Below, in pieces: positions 41,801 through 54,714 of a stretch of DNA of 64,000 nucleotides. Position 1 is the first letter of the stretch, and the number at the start of each line of letters is the position of its first letter. Source of the stretch: Tubulanus polymorphus (Eukaryota; Animalia; Nemertea); the NCBI RefSeq assembly GCF_964204645.1, contig NC_134026.1, positions 4,921,950-4,985,949 of the forward strand, in the 5' to 3' direction. Made by a program: the position numbers and the translations under genes. The notes under the pieces are model-generated. The model did not search any database. It worked only from the letters and a program-made list of their open reading frames with translations, and had not been told where the DNA came from.

Positions 41801-43435
41801 AAAAAATGCCCTTTCTTGCAGGTGAGGCTCTGGTCCCTGGAATGTTCCCAAATTCAGCAAATTGATGAAAAAGGTGTCACATGCCTAGTTAGAAAAAGGC
41901 AATCGTGGCGTAGATTTTATGTATGATTATCAACACTAACCTATTATCGTAATATGTTTTCAGCTAGTACCGGTAGTTATCAGGTTTTGAAGTAGGACTT
42001 TTCATTCTACTTCTCAAATGACAATGTCTTCATGAATTATCAACCATACGTATTTTGTGATTTTATAGTCATTATTAAAGACCATTTTGGCGGACTTCTT
42101 ATATAAGTGACTTCATTCAACACAGGTCAAGCATGCGGCCTAATAATACAGCGGAATTTCATTTGTTCTATAAATGTGTCTGTCTTATGCTCATCATTTT
42201 CTAAACGGATCAAAACAAGCCCTCCGAGGAAATTGAATTGATTGTGTGTGTGTGTTAACATGAATGGAATATTTGTAACTATAGACATAATTACAGCATG
42301 CTATGATGTAACTAAAGAAAATGTTCATTAGTATTGTCATGACTTGTGTAAATACAAATCCATTCGTTATGATTTTTGGATGATTGCAGTAAAACTTTGT
42401 GTAACTTGGACAGAAAGGGACCAAAAGATCTTTTCCGAGCTCAGAGGTGTCTGGTTTAGGGATGGTTTATGAATGATAATGGTGTGGAGGAGATGCTTAT
42501 GTGTCCGAGTTAAACAAAGATTTCTGCGTTTCATTTCAACTAAATTTCGAAAACTATAGCATGGTAGTGTAAGCCTAATGGTAGAACTAGGTCAGTTCAT
42601 TAACATTCTGTACAATACCTTAATGAAATGACAAAAAGGTCAAAAGAAATCATACGTTGAAAATTGAAGACTGTTTCTAAAACGGTCCACTAAATTCCCT
42701 TGGTACTGATTAACTGAAAATACGATCGTGATTTTATTTGAATCGATGTTATTTTTAAACTACATGTATGTAAACGATTTGTTTTGTGTTTTACATTGAA
42801 TCGGTATCCCACCAGAATTTCTGAAAACTGTATAAATCCCTCTGTGGTTTATTACGAATTGCTCAATTAGGAGGCAGAAAGCATATACGGTTTCTAAAAG
42901 CTGGTACTGTTTATGGAGATAAATTCAAAAGGCTGGGTCTTTGTATTTATAGTACATGTATTTATGACTGTGGCACCCATTCTGAGGTGTCTTAGAGTTT
43001 AGAGTTTGAGCAATTCGTTTTTTTTTCAAAGGGATGATTCTCTTGACAGTATTTCCGACTAAAAAGTACATTATTGTAAGTAAAGTAAAGTTTGGTTTTA
43101 TTCGATGTGAAAACTGACTGGACGAAATATATCGATACATATTTTAGTTCTCTTGTGATGATAATGATATTGTTATATTGAATGAAAAATTAAATACAAA
43201 TGAATTGTCTAGTTATTTAAATAAAAAAAGAGTTATGTAGTTTTTGGTCTGGTCGATATTGTTGTCCAGATCCCAATGATAACTTATAGATCTTTGTGTA
43301 CGTAAATTACAGCAGCTGCTGTGAATCATTTTTATTGTTACTCAATAAAGTCATGCCTCTTCTAAAATTTTTTTTTCATGTTTTCAATTCTTCTTAAGCA
43401 TTCAGTGTCATTTCTGCTGTAGACCCCCCTCAGAC

Positions 43436-44223
43436 CACAGGGGTTTGGCGATGGGCTTGGATTTTATTTCCGGGTTGTTGATAATCTCGCGAGAATGGCG
43501 CTAAATATGAACTGCGAATAAATTCAAAATATCACGGAAATACCTTGTGTTTATATTGTTTATTTATCCGCTATAAAGTTCTGATAAACAATTGGTCGTT
43601 AAGAATCATTATCAGACGGTCGTCATGCTTTACTATATAAAATCACAAGGGATGAAACGCCAGGCCTCCGCTGTACTTAAATTTTCAGCCAGAAAGTTGG
43701 GACAGTCACGTGACATTCTGATGACGTCATCGCATTTAAAACTTCAACACGAAAAGTTAACATATTCACAGACCGATATCAATTGTCAGATTATGATTCA
43801 TATGAAATAAATAACTTATAAGGAATAAATTATGACGAAATATATAATTCATAGTAAAAAAATGCATTTGAATGTAAGTTATTCTCAAATATTTTTCGTA
43901 TCATAGTTTCCATCTTATATGCTTCAGGTTCGCGTTCAGTCAAATAAGAAGCGTTAAGTCACGTGACTGTCCCAACTTTCTGGCTGGCACAACTCTGAAG
44001 GCGTTTCATCCCTTGTTCTTTTATATAGTAGCGTGACGACCGTCTGATAATGATTCTTAACGACCAATTGTTTATCGAAACTTTATAGCGGATAAATAAA
44101 CAATATAAACACAAGGTATTTCCGTGATATTTTGAATTTATTCGCAATTCATATTTAGCGCCATTCTCGCGAGATTATCAACAACCCGGAAATAAAATCC
44201 AAGCCCATCGCCAAACCCCTGTG
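43436..44223. mobile_element. non-autonomous foldback DNA transposon (788 bp, ~270-bp TIRs, 8-bp TSD), P-superfamily-like termini
   Basis: Termini CACAGGGGTTTGGCG...CGCCAAACCCCTGTG; arms 43436-43714 and 43958-44223 are near-perfect reverse complements over their outer ~220 bp; TSD cctcagac at 43428-35 and 44224-31; no transposase ORF. Confidence 0.92.
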
Positions 44224-44610
44224 CCTCAGACGAATTAACTGTTCAACTTAAGATGTATTTTCTGACAACTCTATCTCGAACAATCAACCCACTGCTTCAC
44301 TATACATGTACCATAAGATGCTGTCGTAATGCCCATTGTTCTTAACACGCTGGGCTGTTGCATTCGTCTGTCTGCAGACGGAATCAAGTTATTTTGGGAA
44401 GTTTTGAAGACGCTTTTATGGATTGTCTTGATATTTGCTTTATACATGTACCCTAGACTCATCTTCAGCCAAGGACTGGCCAGGTCAGAATCGAGATGCT
44501 TGTTGATTGTTCGCCGAAAATCGGCACTACACATTTTTGAAGTCTGGGAACTTATGAAGTTGATTGTAAGTATTAGCACTGTCATAGGATACATCTCCTC
44601 ACATGGAATT

Positions 44611-44670
44611 TGGGATAACCCAATGTTGAACATGCTGGCATGCATGTGGCAACAGGTTCGAGTCCCTCGG
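44611..44670 (+). mobile_element. degenerate tRNA-derived (tRNA-Ala-like) SINE head
   Basis: B-box GGTTCGAGTCC (44655-65) preceded by catgctggcatgcatgtggc, resembling the tRNA-Ala anticodon arm; A-box degenerate; no intact cloverleaf. Confidence 0.35.
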
Positions 44671-45236
44671 GCTAGGAAAACGTACGTACCTAGGGTTAGG
44701 AAGGTGTGTATTACCATGGATTCTAAACGTTTTCGAGTAATACATAAAAGTGAAAATAACTTCAACGGAATAAGACTTCGCTGCTATATTTAGATTTAAT
44801 TCAGTAACATTTATATTTTTCACAAATAATAAACTTTCACAAAATCTAAATAAATTGTTTCATTCTGTATATTGTGTTTCTGTTACGAGTACTGGTACAT
44901 TGTCTGACAGTCGTGCTCTCTGACAGTCAGCACACTCTCAGATCTTATTTCATCATCAATCTGTCTCTCAGGATCAATGGATTTCATACATATAACCGAA
45001 ATTCGTTACCTATCCCATTTGCAGAAATTATAGCAACATTTATGGGGGACCTCTTCTTCACTCTAACGTTGGTACTATTTTTGGGATCCGGCCCTACGCA
45101 TCTTCGAGCTACTTACCTAATTGTGGTCTGATGCCATAATGAAAACAGGCAATCGACGTGTTTATTTTTGTAAAACCGACAATAGAAATTCTAAATTCTC
45201 AAACAGCTAAAAAGATCTATTTGCGAGTCTTTTGTA

Positions 45237-45280
45237 CTAGACTGGTAACCGGTCTCATTTGAGACCGGTAACCAGTCTAG
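45237..45280. repeat. 20-bp near-perfect inverted repeat (hairpin) upstream of HELQ
   Basis: ctagactggtaaccggtctc-attt-gagaccggtaaccagtctag, 1 mismatch. Confidence 0.8.
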
Positions 45281-45784
45281 CAGAATTCGACAGGCAACCA
45301 GTCTATACTTGTACGCGTTGTGCGATATACGCAATGTGTGGAGCCACTTCAGAATCCAAAATCCAAAATTTAATTTTCTAAAATGTATTGATTTAATTTT
45401 CTCTACGTGCCACTAATAATACTGCTAACTAATGAAAAAGAAATTTACAATAGTCAGCGGCTAAAACGAGATACTACTGCCTGGCTACTACTGCTGAAAA
45501 TTAGCCACAATCAACATTCAACAACAACAAACAACAACAAATTCACAATCCAAGTCAAAAAAGAGGATGAAATTATGAAAGAAAGCTGAGGGAGCCTGAG
45601 GAGGGAAGGATCATGTTCTTGTTGGGTAACAGTGTCCGTAAACCACCAGCGTCATATTCCAGGAATGATGTTATGTTGCCATTAGTTCGGTACCGTAGTA
45701 GTAACTGTTGGATCTGTAGTAAATAATCAAACTTGACAGGTCACTCTGACTGCTGTCGATTTTGAATTTTATCTTTATCGATGT

Positions 45785-48700
45785 ATGATGGATACAAATA
45801 GAAAGAGGAAGTACAGCAGTATCAGTGATTTCAATAGTGCGGTTACAAAGCTAGTAGAGGACAATGAAACTATTACCATGTCCAGTATCACGACCAAAAA
45901 AGTATCATCAGTGTTAATGGCATCAAAGACCCCCAATCGTAAAACCGAAAATCCTGTGAGACTGGTTAGTTCATTTCTAGTGTTCTTTTCAATTTTGAAG
46001 ATGTTTTATTATTTATTCAATGGTTTAGCCTCAAGTAGGCTATAGTCCATTGTTTTTGTGTGATATTTTGCTTATTCTGTTGGGTACATACCTCATTAGG
46101 TAGTTCAACTGAATATCCGATATTATTCTGTTATTGTGATCGCACAAGAAAAGGTAACTTCATTTCCTAGGCATACTTACAATGTTCAAATTCAGGAAAT
46201 TTCACAAAACGGAGACATTTCACCTGATATATATATATATATATAGCCTAATATCGAATATTCAGTCATTGTCTGCGAATTTTGTGGTCATCTTAAGAAG
46301 TAATGTACCCCAAAGAGTAAGCATAATGTCCCAGAAGAACAGTTCTTGTCCATTAATAAACGTACTATAGTCATCATTCTTGTAGATTCTATTTTCTTTC
46401 TATATGCTACACATTCCTTCTACCAGTCAATGAAAATTGTTTTCATGTTCCAGCAGGATTCTGTTATATTGTCCCCTGGGCTGAACGACAGTGATTTAGA
46501 ACTAGCCGGCATTGACATTGATCGACTTCAGCAAGATTACGAAAGTCAGCGAAGTCAGGTTGTTAATTTGCTACGAATTGAGTAAAGTGCAACATTTGTA
46601 GCAAAGTTGGTAATAATGCAGTAGTTCAGAACTCGCTTGATTCGGATCATTTGAGACTGATGAAATTAATCTGGTTCATGAGAAATGCAAATAACATAAT
46701 GATATTTTATGTACCGGACAATTATGTAAAGGTGAACTGTAATGATATTGGGATAAGATCTAAATCCAGATTAGATTGATATGGATAAGTGGGTTTGACA
46801 ATGGTATGTCTATTTTTGATGTAAAATTCGTTTACAATGCCACCATTGGGACGGATGAAAAGTATGGCATTATAACGAATTTGGCATTATAGAGAATAGT
46901 ATTTTTATTGAATTTGAGTTTGAGAAATTTTTACTATATTCTAGAATACTGGAGGTTCTGTCACTGAAATCGGGGATCGCACGTACAAAACTGATATCCT
47001 CGATGAAATCTTCGCCGATGAAGAAAAAATTAATTCGAAACGAAGGCCATCACCGCGATGTAAAAAGTCTGTCCTTGGAAAAGGCGTCGAAAAGAAACCG
47101 GTTATTGTTAGCAGTAATGGGAACTCTGACGAGTTGAACGGTTCATTGCCTTTATTCGAATCAGATGACGATATTTGGCCCACTTCTGAACCTCCGATTG
47201 AGAGAAAAATGGTTGGTGTCTGTGATAATAATTCGAAACATTCCGTCGAAGGCATTTCTGTGATTGAGACTGAATCGACTGATTCTGTTTCCGACGATAG
47301 ATTCCGTCCGATTCGAGTTTCCGAGCAGACGCCTCGACCGGCGACGTCAATAGCTTCACGAATTCGAAGGTCATTGCAGAACAATGCGAAACAGACGACT
47401 CCGCAGAACAATCGAATCGAAATGCTGCGACGAGAAGTCATTAAGCGGACCAACGAAGAGGTGGCTAATATTAAAGAAACTACAGTTGATTGGGCGCGCG
47501 GTCCCTTCTTCGGATTACCGAGCAAAGTCAAAGGATTATTTGAGAAGCACCGTGGCATTAAATCACTTTATGGTAATATTAGTAGCTTTTTCTTTAACAC
47601 AGGATCAACTGAAGACTTAAGTCACTAGAGAATTTATCGATAAGTGAAACAAACGTAATACCCAAAAAAAGTAGAATCTTGTTACAAATCCAGAAATAGA
47701 ATGATTTGCCTACAATAATCTGTTGCAAATGAGAAAATATTGTTTATCAACAGGATGCTGCTTTTGGCTATGAGTTCTGATGCTCCAAACTGAAATGTTG
47801 ATTTTATTGACCTAATGTGAATAGATATTTAGGGATATTTATATTTTCTCTTTAAGCGTGGCAAGAAGAGTGTCTGAATCTTCCCGCAGTCCGTAACGGA
47901 AGTAATCTTATTTATTCATTGCCTACGAGCGGTGGCAAGACGCTAGTAGCTGAAATCTTAATGCTGCAACAGATCCTGTGCCACAAAAAGGATGCTATCT
48001 TAATCCTTCCATTTGTGTCGATCGTGCAAGAAAAGGTAAGCTTTGATTTTTAACACGTTCGCTGCCGCTGCGATGATACGTTTGCCCCAGTGCAAATTTT
48101 GAAAGTGAATAGGAGGAATCAGGCACGCGTTTACTTGAGTATATTGCCAGTGTAATGGCACTGGTGACAGAACCGGAAGTATGAGTATAGTCGTACCTGG
48201 CAGCAAATGTGTCAAACTGTTGGAATATCAATAACGAACCGATAAAGCAGATAAAGTTTGCCATACAGAGATTACTTAACAAAAGTTACAGTTACGCTGT
48301 CATTAAAGTGAAACCTATCTACACCTATTCCTTACGTTATTCACCCTATCTATGCCAATTCCTTACATTGATAATCTATCTATACCTATTGCTAATTTCA
48401 TTTCAGGTAAAGGGCCTGTCAGCATTCGCTGTAGACCTCGATTTCTTAATGGAAGAATACGCCGCTAGCAAGGGTGCTTTCCCACCGAGAAAACGTCGCA
48501 AACATAACTCCATATACATAGCTACAATTGAGAAATCCAACACATTGATCAGCTGTTTGATCGAACTAAAACGATTGTGCAATATTGGACTAGTAGTCGT
48601 TGATGAGGTATTGTTTAGAAGTTTATTTTACATTGCGTCGAATATCCAAAATAGCTTAAATGGAATTCCTGAATATCTGCTTAGGCCACAATTTGTTTCT

Positions 48701-51700
48701 CAGTTAAGACTTTGAATGCCAATTTTACTACTCAAACACATCTTGAAGTTTAAGTAAATTTTTGGAACTCCTTCCATTCATAATCTTATTATAGTTGTCC
48801 TAGTTCCACCACCAAGGAAAGCATCTTTTTAGAGGGGCATAAAGGGTGTCTGGTTAAATTAGAATGAATGCTTTGATTGATTCACAGTTTTCATTCTCAG
48901 TTACATATGCTTGGTGAAGGTGGTAGTCGAGGCGCTACACTGGAGGTTGCATTAACCAAACTTCTTCACGCTGAAGGTAAAAATGATACGCCCGTCTAGT
49001 CTTGCTATTTTGACACACCGAGAACTCTTCTGCGATTAATTAGAAAATTAGAAAAATTAGAAAAAAAATTTTTGTCTTTAAGAATCCCCGCAGATAGTTG
49101 GAATGAGTGCAACGCTGAGTAATATTTCAGATCTTACCACATTCTTGCGTGCAGAATTGTACACGAATGATTTCCGACCAGTAAGTCCTTGACGCGAATC
49201 TGCTTGAGAAATATTCTTTCATCCTACGAAACACATTTACTAACAGTTGTCAAATTGTTTGCTTTTATTTCAAGGTTAAGCTGGTAGAGTATGTTAAGGT
49301 GGAGGATAATATATTTGAGGTGAAGAAGAATGTACTTTGTCCTGATGATGTATTGCATCACAAACGAATAGTAACTTTCCCTGTATGTTAAACGCATTTG
49401 ATTCCGGCATAGAAAATATATAAAAAAATGAGACATTTGTAGGCTCCTCTGAATTAAATTTAAAACTTAAATTAATCTTTTGATAGTACGACCTGCAGAT
49501 GAGACGTCGAGATCCTGATCATTTACTCGGATTGGTTTTGGAAGTCGTGCCGACCTATTCCTGTCTCGTATTCTGTCCTACGAAGAAGAATTGCGAGAAC
49601 GTTGCCGTAATGCTCTGTGATTTGATACCGAAGTAAGATTCAGGATCAACGATTTATCGATGTGTTTGCGTGATGGAGGATTGCATACTTAATGAATGAT
49701 TTCAGAAACACTGTTTCAATATTATCTCGTAAAATAAGACCATTGAATCAAATTATTATAACTAATTTCAGAGATATAGAAGTTCAAAATACCATCGAGG
49801 ATATCGGTTTCTTTTAAGTGTTGATACGAGAATGAATGCATTTAGTAGTGTTATGATTAAGCAATGATAACACTACCCAATAGTTCAGTTAACCATAGTT
49901 TTGTCTTATTTACTTAGATTATTAAGGTATTTTCACTAGTGCGCTATGGATTATGCATTCATGAAATACATACCATACGTAAGTTCCACCTGATAGTTTA
50001 TCGTACTATTTCAGGGAGATTTTGCAAGTGAAACAAAACGAAAAGAAGATCCTGTTGCAACAACTGAAAGACGATAATAACGGGAAACTGTGTCCGATCC
50101 TGCAGCGTACAGTGCGGTATGGTATCGCGTATCACCACAGCGGTCTAACCGGAGATGAGAGGAAACTAATCGAAGATGCCTATTCAGCTGGCACGCTTTG
50201 TACGTTAACATGTACATCTACTTTAGCAGCGGGTGTAAATCTTCCTGCGAAAAGGTCAATATCCAATACAAGTATCATGCCTTCTTTAACTAGTTCCTAG
50301 TTTCCTAGTTCTAGTTCTGCCACCATTGCCACTGCAAGTTAACTCAAAGCTGATCCTTATTGTTTGTTAAATGTTTGCACTCTGACAATCGGAATGACAC
50401 AGTTCCTAATTCTGATTGGCTGGAAATGTAAACAACTCTGCTTCATTTCTCAATGCTCATTGGTCAATTTTGAACAGTGGTTGACCATGGAATTGCCAAC
50501 TGGGAGATAACTCGTAGTAGCAATTGGGCAAAACCTGTTAGAAATATCGGATAAAACCGTTAAGAAAATTTCTATCAGATTTGACTTCATAAATCTAATA
50601 TGAGCACAGCTTGTATCTCGAATGTATCGCTTTTCTCGAAGACCAACAATTAAATCTCTTGTGTTGTGTTTGTAGAGTAATCCTTCGTGCTCCGAATGTT
50701 GGCGCTGATATGATGTCGAGCAGTCAGTATAAGCAGATGGTCGGACGAGCTGGTCGAGCGGGAATCGACTCATCCGGTGAAAGTATACTCATCGTTAAAC
50801 CTGCTGAACGTAGGAAGATACTGAATCTGATCAGCGGCCCTATGGACAGCTGTAAAAGCAGTTTGCTGTATGATAACGGCAAGGGAATGCGTGCACTTAT
50901 CCTATCTCTCATAGGACTCCAGGTGATTTTTTTATGCGGATGAGTAAATAAGGAGTATTTTTTTGAGGTCAGAGAAAGTCCTACATCTACCGTATATGAA
51001 AACGTAGGTTTTATAACTTGGATTCTGTGACGTTGATGCATATGTTGTAAAAATGTCCATGTCTGGAAAAAAATTAGTGAGTTGTTCTCTCTTTAGACCT
51101 AACATCTTTTTAAGCTGCAAATTGTTAATGAAGTGTTAATACCCCACGTGTAGCGGTTGTGATAATGATATATTAATGAATATTTTGGTTTGCTAGGTGG
51201 CGCAATCTACCGAATCAGTCCTATTGTTTATACAGAGTACACTATACTCTGTTCAGTGTGACATTGAGAAGAGGAATGATATATTTCATTTCACGAAAGA
51301 TGCACTTGAAAAGTTAATAGAAATGAAGTTGATCAGACAGAAAATGGGTGACCCGTCAGCTGCACAGAAACTACTCGAAACAACTCCGCTTGGTCGGGCT
51401 GCTTATAAAGGTAGGTTTAATAGAATATCAATATTGATAGCATCAAAAAGATTTGCTCTTTCACAATCAGTTATTACTGAGGGTATGTTTTTAGCCCAAA
51501 TGGGACCTTAGCCCAAGTGACATGATCTATGATTGCAGTTTCATGGCCATTGGTTTCTGTATATGTTCACCAGGGACGTTGAATAGTGAAATTGTCTGAT
51601 TGTCAATCATTTCACCGAGTGGGCATGATGTCCCTGGACCCTTTGTTCTTTCTTTACAGGCGGGGTGGATGTCGACAGAGCTAACCAGTTATACAAAGAT

Positions 51701-53730
51701 CTATGTCAAGCCCAAGAATCTCTAGTCATCGCAAATTACTTGCATCTTCTTTATCTAGCAACGCCATACGACATGGTGAACCAAGCAGTTCCGACCTGGA
51801 TGATTTATCTGCAGCAAGTAATTATCTGTATTAGATTCTAAAAATGTCCAAGGCAATTTCTTCACCATATGATAGTAAAATAATCATACATGTGAAATAC
51901 ATATAATACAATACGTACAGTAGACCTCCTAGGAATTAGCTTGCCTCTGAGAAAGAGCGGAGGCAAGTAGAGTCTACTCTCTGATTTCACTCCTAATCAT
52001 CAGGGTACAATACAACCTGAGAGCCCTAGCCAAATTGATAATTAGCCTTCTGATTTGTCCGACTCAACTTGCAGATTACTAGGTTGGAGCCGAATGAGTT
52101 GAAGGTTGCTACGTTGATAGGCGTTCATGAGTCTTACATTGCAAAGAAAGTGACCGGTCAAACAAAACGAAAGGTATCGACGATGAATCAATTGTTCAGC
52201 GGTGCAAAAATCATCGTTATTGCAGCGTTTCACTTCGATAAACTTTCCATTTCAGAATGTGGACGAGTTTATGGTCAATCGATTCTATCTGACGTTAGTT
52301 CTGTACGACTTGTGGAAACAAACGCCAGTTTGGGATGTGGCGTTGAAATACCAACTTCCCCGTGGATTCGTGCAGAATCTGTTGACTGCGGCCGCTTCGT
52401 TTGCTGCTTGTATTACACACTTTTGCCAGGTAACGTCATTCGATGAACGGCTCAAGCTTGGCCACCGGTTGAAGTTATAACCTCGGTGACTTTCTTTAAA
52501 TTACTTTCCTTGGTTCTCGGTCACGTTATTTTCCTCTTTAAAAGTTACAAAAACATTAAGTTCTGCGTTACTTGTTACCGGACGTTTTAAGCAGCTGAAT
52601 TTTACTTAGATTTATGCATTTGGAAAAACCTTCAATTCTCCTCAACTCAGTGTAATGTAATATCTACAGTCCCAGGTGCCATGTCCTAAGGCAGACTTTC
52701 CTGTATTCATAATTGTGGTGTACTCTATCGTTTTCTGCAGTATCATTTCATTTGTGAACAAAAAACATTTTTTACATTTTTCATTTCCAGGAATTAGAGG
52801 AATTTTGGGCCTATCAAGAACTAATGACCGGTTTTGTGCGCAAGCTGTCATACTGTGTGTCAATGGAGTTGATTCCGCTAATGGAAGTACCTGGTGTTAA
52901 ACAGGTAGGTATCTTGACTTCGACGTCAGACCTAATGATATCAGGTAATCAAATTTATTTTAAATCATTTATGATATTATCTTTCAGGCTCGTGCGAAAC
53001 AATTGTTTAAAGCAGGGTATAAATCGTTGACGCATTTATCTCATGCCGATCCTGAAATTCTAGTCAAGTCGATTGAACATATGCCACGGAAGTTAGCGCG
53101 GCAGATTGTTGCATCTGCAAAGGTAATTTTTCAGTCCCTGTGGGCTAGTCCATTCGTCCATTGACGGAATCCAGTTATTTGGGAAGTTTTGAAGACGCTT
53201 CTATGGATTGTCTTGATATTTGGTTTATACATGCATCTACATAGACACATCTTCAGCTCAAAAACTGGCCCGATCAGAATCAGGACAAGCGACCTGGCCT
53301 AGTTCACAATGCTCTTTGTTGGCGTTCTTAGAACTTAATGGAAAATTGTGACCTTCCAGCACTATAAAGTGGAACCTCGTTTACCGCAAACTTCACAGGA
53401 CCAGATAATACGTTCGTTATAACCGATAGTTCGTTATCTCCAGTATGAAAGTAATTGAATTGTCGTACTTGGGACGAAATTCTACATTTGTTATATCTGA
53501 CGAATTTTTGTATCCGAGTTCATTGTTACGAGGTTCCACTGTAGCATGTTGAGATTCAATGCAGATTTTTGTACACAGAGAATTTATTCTGTTATTTTGA
53601 TGTTCCTATCGACCAAGAACTTTCTTTTATGTTGCAGTTATTATTGACAGAGAAAGCGGAAGCATTGAGAGAGGAAGCAGATGAACTTATTGCCACGCCT
53701 AAAACACCTTTATTGATATTGGATACTTGA
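45785..53730 (+). CDS. HELQ: helicase POLQ-like (HELQ/Hel308/mus301), Ski2-like SF2 DNA helicase
   Basis: Exons 45785-45955, 46454-46558, 46945-47572, 47857-48035 (LPTSGGKT), 48407-48607+48901-48976 (VVVDELH), 49083-49180 (GMSATL), 49275-49382, 49487-49632, 50015-50254 ([19 protein letters not shown]), 50676-50922 (QMVGRAGR), 51197-51410, 51660-51817, 52075-52173, 52256-52429, 52791-52904, 52988-53122 ([10 protein letters not shown]), 53638-53730 (TGA); AATAAA at 53740 and 53763; no polymerase domain, so HELQ rather than POLQ. First two exons less certain. Confidence 0.95.
48054..48211. mobile_element. degenerate piggyBac-type MITE in HELQ intron
   Basis: ttaa|cacgttcgctgcc ... ggcagcaaatgtg|tcaa. 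Confidence 0.55.
53367..53541. mobile_element. Tc1/mariner (pogo/Tigger-like) MITE in last HELQ intron
   Basis: ta|aagtggaacctcgt ... acgaggttccactg|ta; TA TSD; internal ttcgttat repeats. Confidence 0.75.
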
Positions 53731-54714
53731 ATTTAAATGAATAAATTATACTTTTGAAATTAATAAATTCTTTTGACAATTCTATGTTTTGGAATTATTT
53801 TTTATGTTCCTTAGAGAATCCTGCTAGTATGTTCCCTTCAGGGCCCTATCCAGTGCTGATTAGAAAACACTGGGCGTCAAATCAAAGTCTATTGCTAATT
53901 GACTGCATGTCTCGGAAGCTGACAAGTCTTTGACCAAATGTAACAGCACCCCATCCTCGCTTGCCAGGGTTTGATTGCTTCCCGCTGAAGCTCTCGCCAT
54001 TTGTTTTGGCAGGTGAATCAACGATCTCTTTCTTGACGTAAATGGTGAGTGTGTTTGCGTTCGCAAACAAGATGTCACAGTATGGGATGTGTAAATAAAA
54101 TCGTGTTTCCTCAAGTTGTCTTCGCGATTATATCGATGGTCACGATACGGAACCCGTACGGTACACCTTTTCCCTTCCATGGCGTTTAAAAAGATACGCA
54201 AAAGCAAAAGCTCTAGATTACGGGTGCTAAACATATATCTATCAATCGTAAAACTGATTTTAATGCAACTTTATTAATCAAGTGATCGTGTCATATATGC
54301 AGCAAAAATATGTAGGGTACGCATATATATTGTGTTATAAATAAGCCACAGTTTACACGACCAACTCATGGCGGGCGAGTAAAAGAAATTACACACGTTG
54401 TAATATTTTTGCGGTAATTTTCGTTTCATTGCAGAATAGAACTATTTTTAAGGCGTTTAAAAAAAAAATTACAACGAATGTGATTTTTTATTTGTATGGC
54501 CCGAATCAGCCATCGTAGTTGGTCAGCATCCTGTGGCTTTGGTTTTAGTTTCGTGAATTGCGATCCCATATTTTCACAAACGCATACATCCGATTATAAA
54601 AGCTAACTATCTAGGTTACGTAAATAGGTACGTAAGAGGTAGTTATCTCGACATACAGAACTGTGCACAAGTATGGTTTATTCAGACTCAAACGTGAAGA
54701 AATTATAAAGTACA

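Noticed and set aside
44611-44670. Functional tRNA gene
   Set aside because: No acceptor stem or intact A-box; at most a SINE remnant.
46941-47558. 205-aa minus-strand ORF
   Set aside because: Antisense shadow of the large HELQ exon 3.
53860-54234. 124-aa minus ORF, and overlapping ORF with NPGKRGW resembling a neuropeptide cleavage/amidation site
   Set aside because: The motif derives from the hairpin-element arm; no signal peptide or repeated peptide units.
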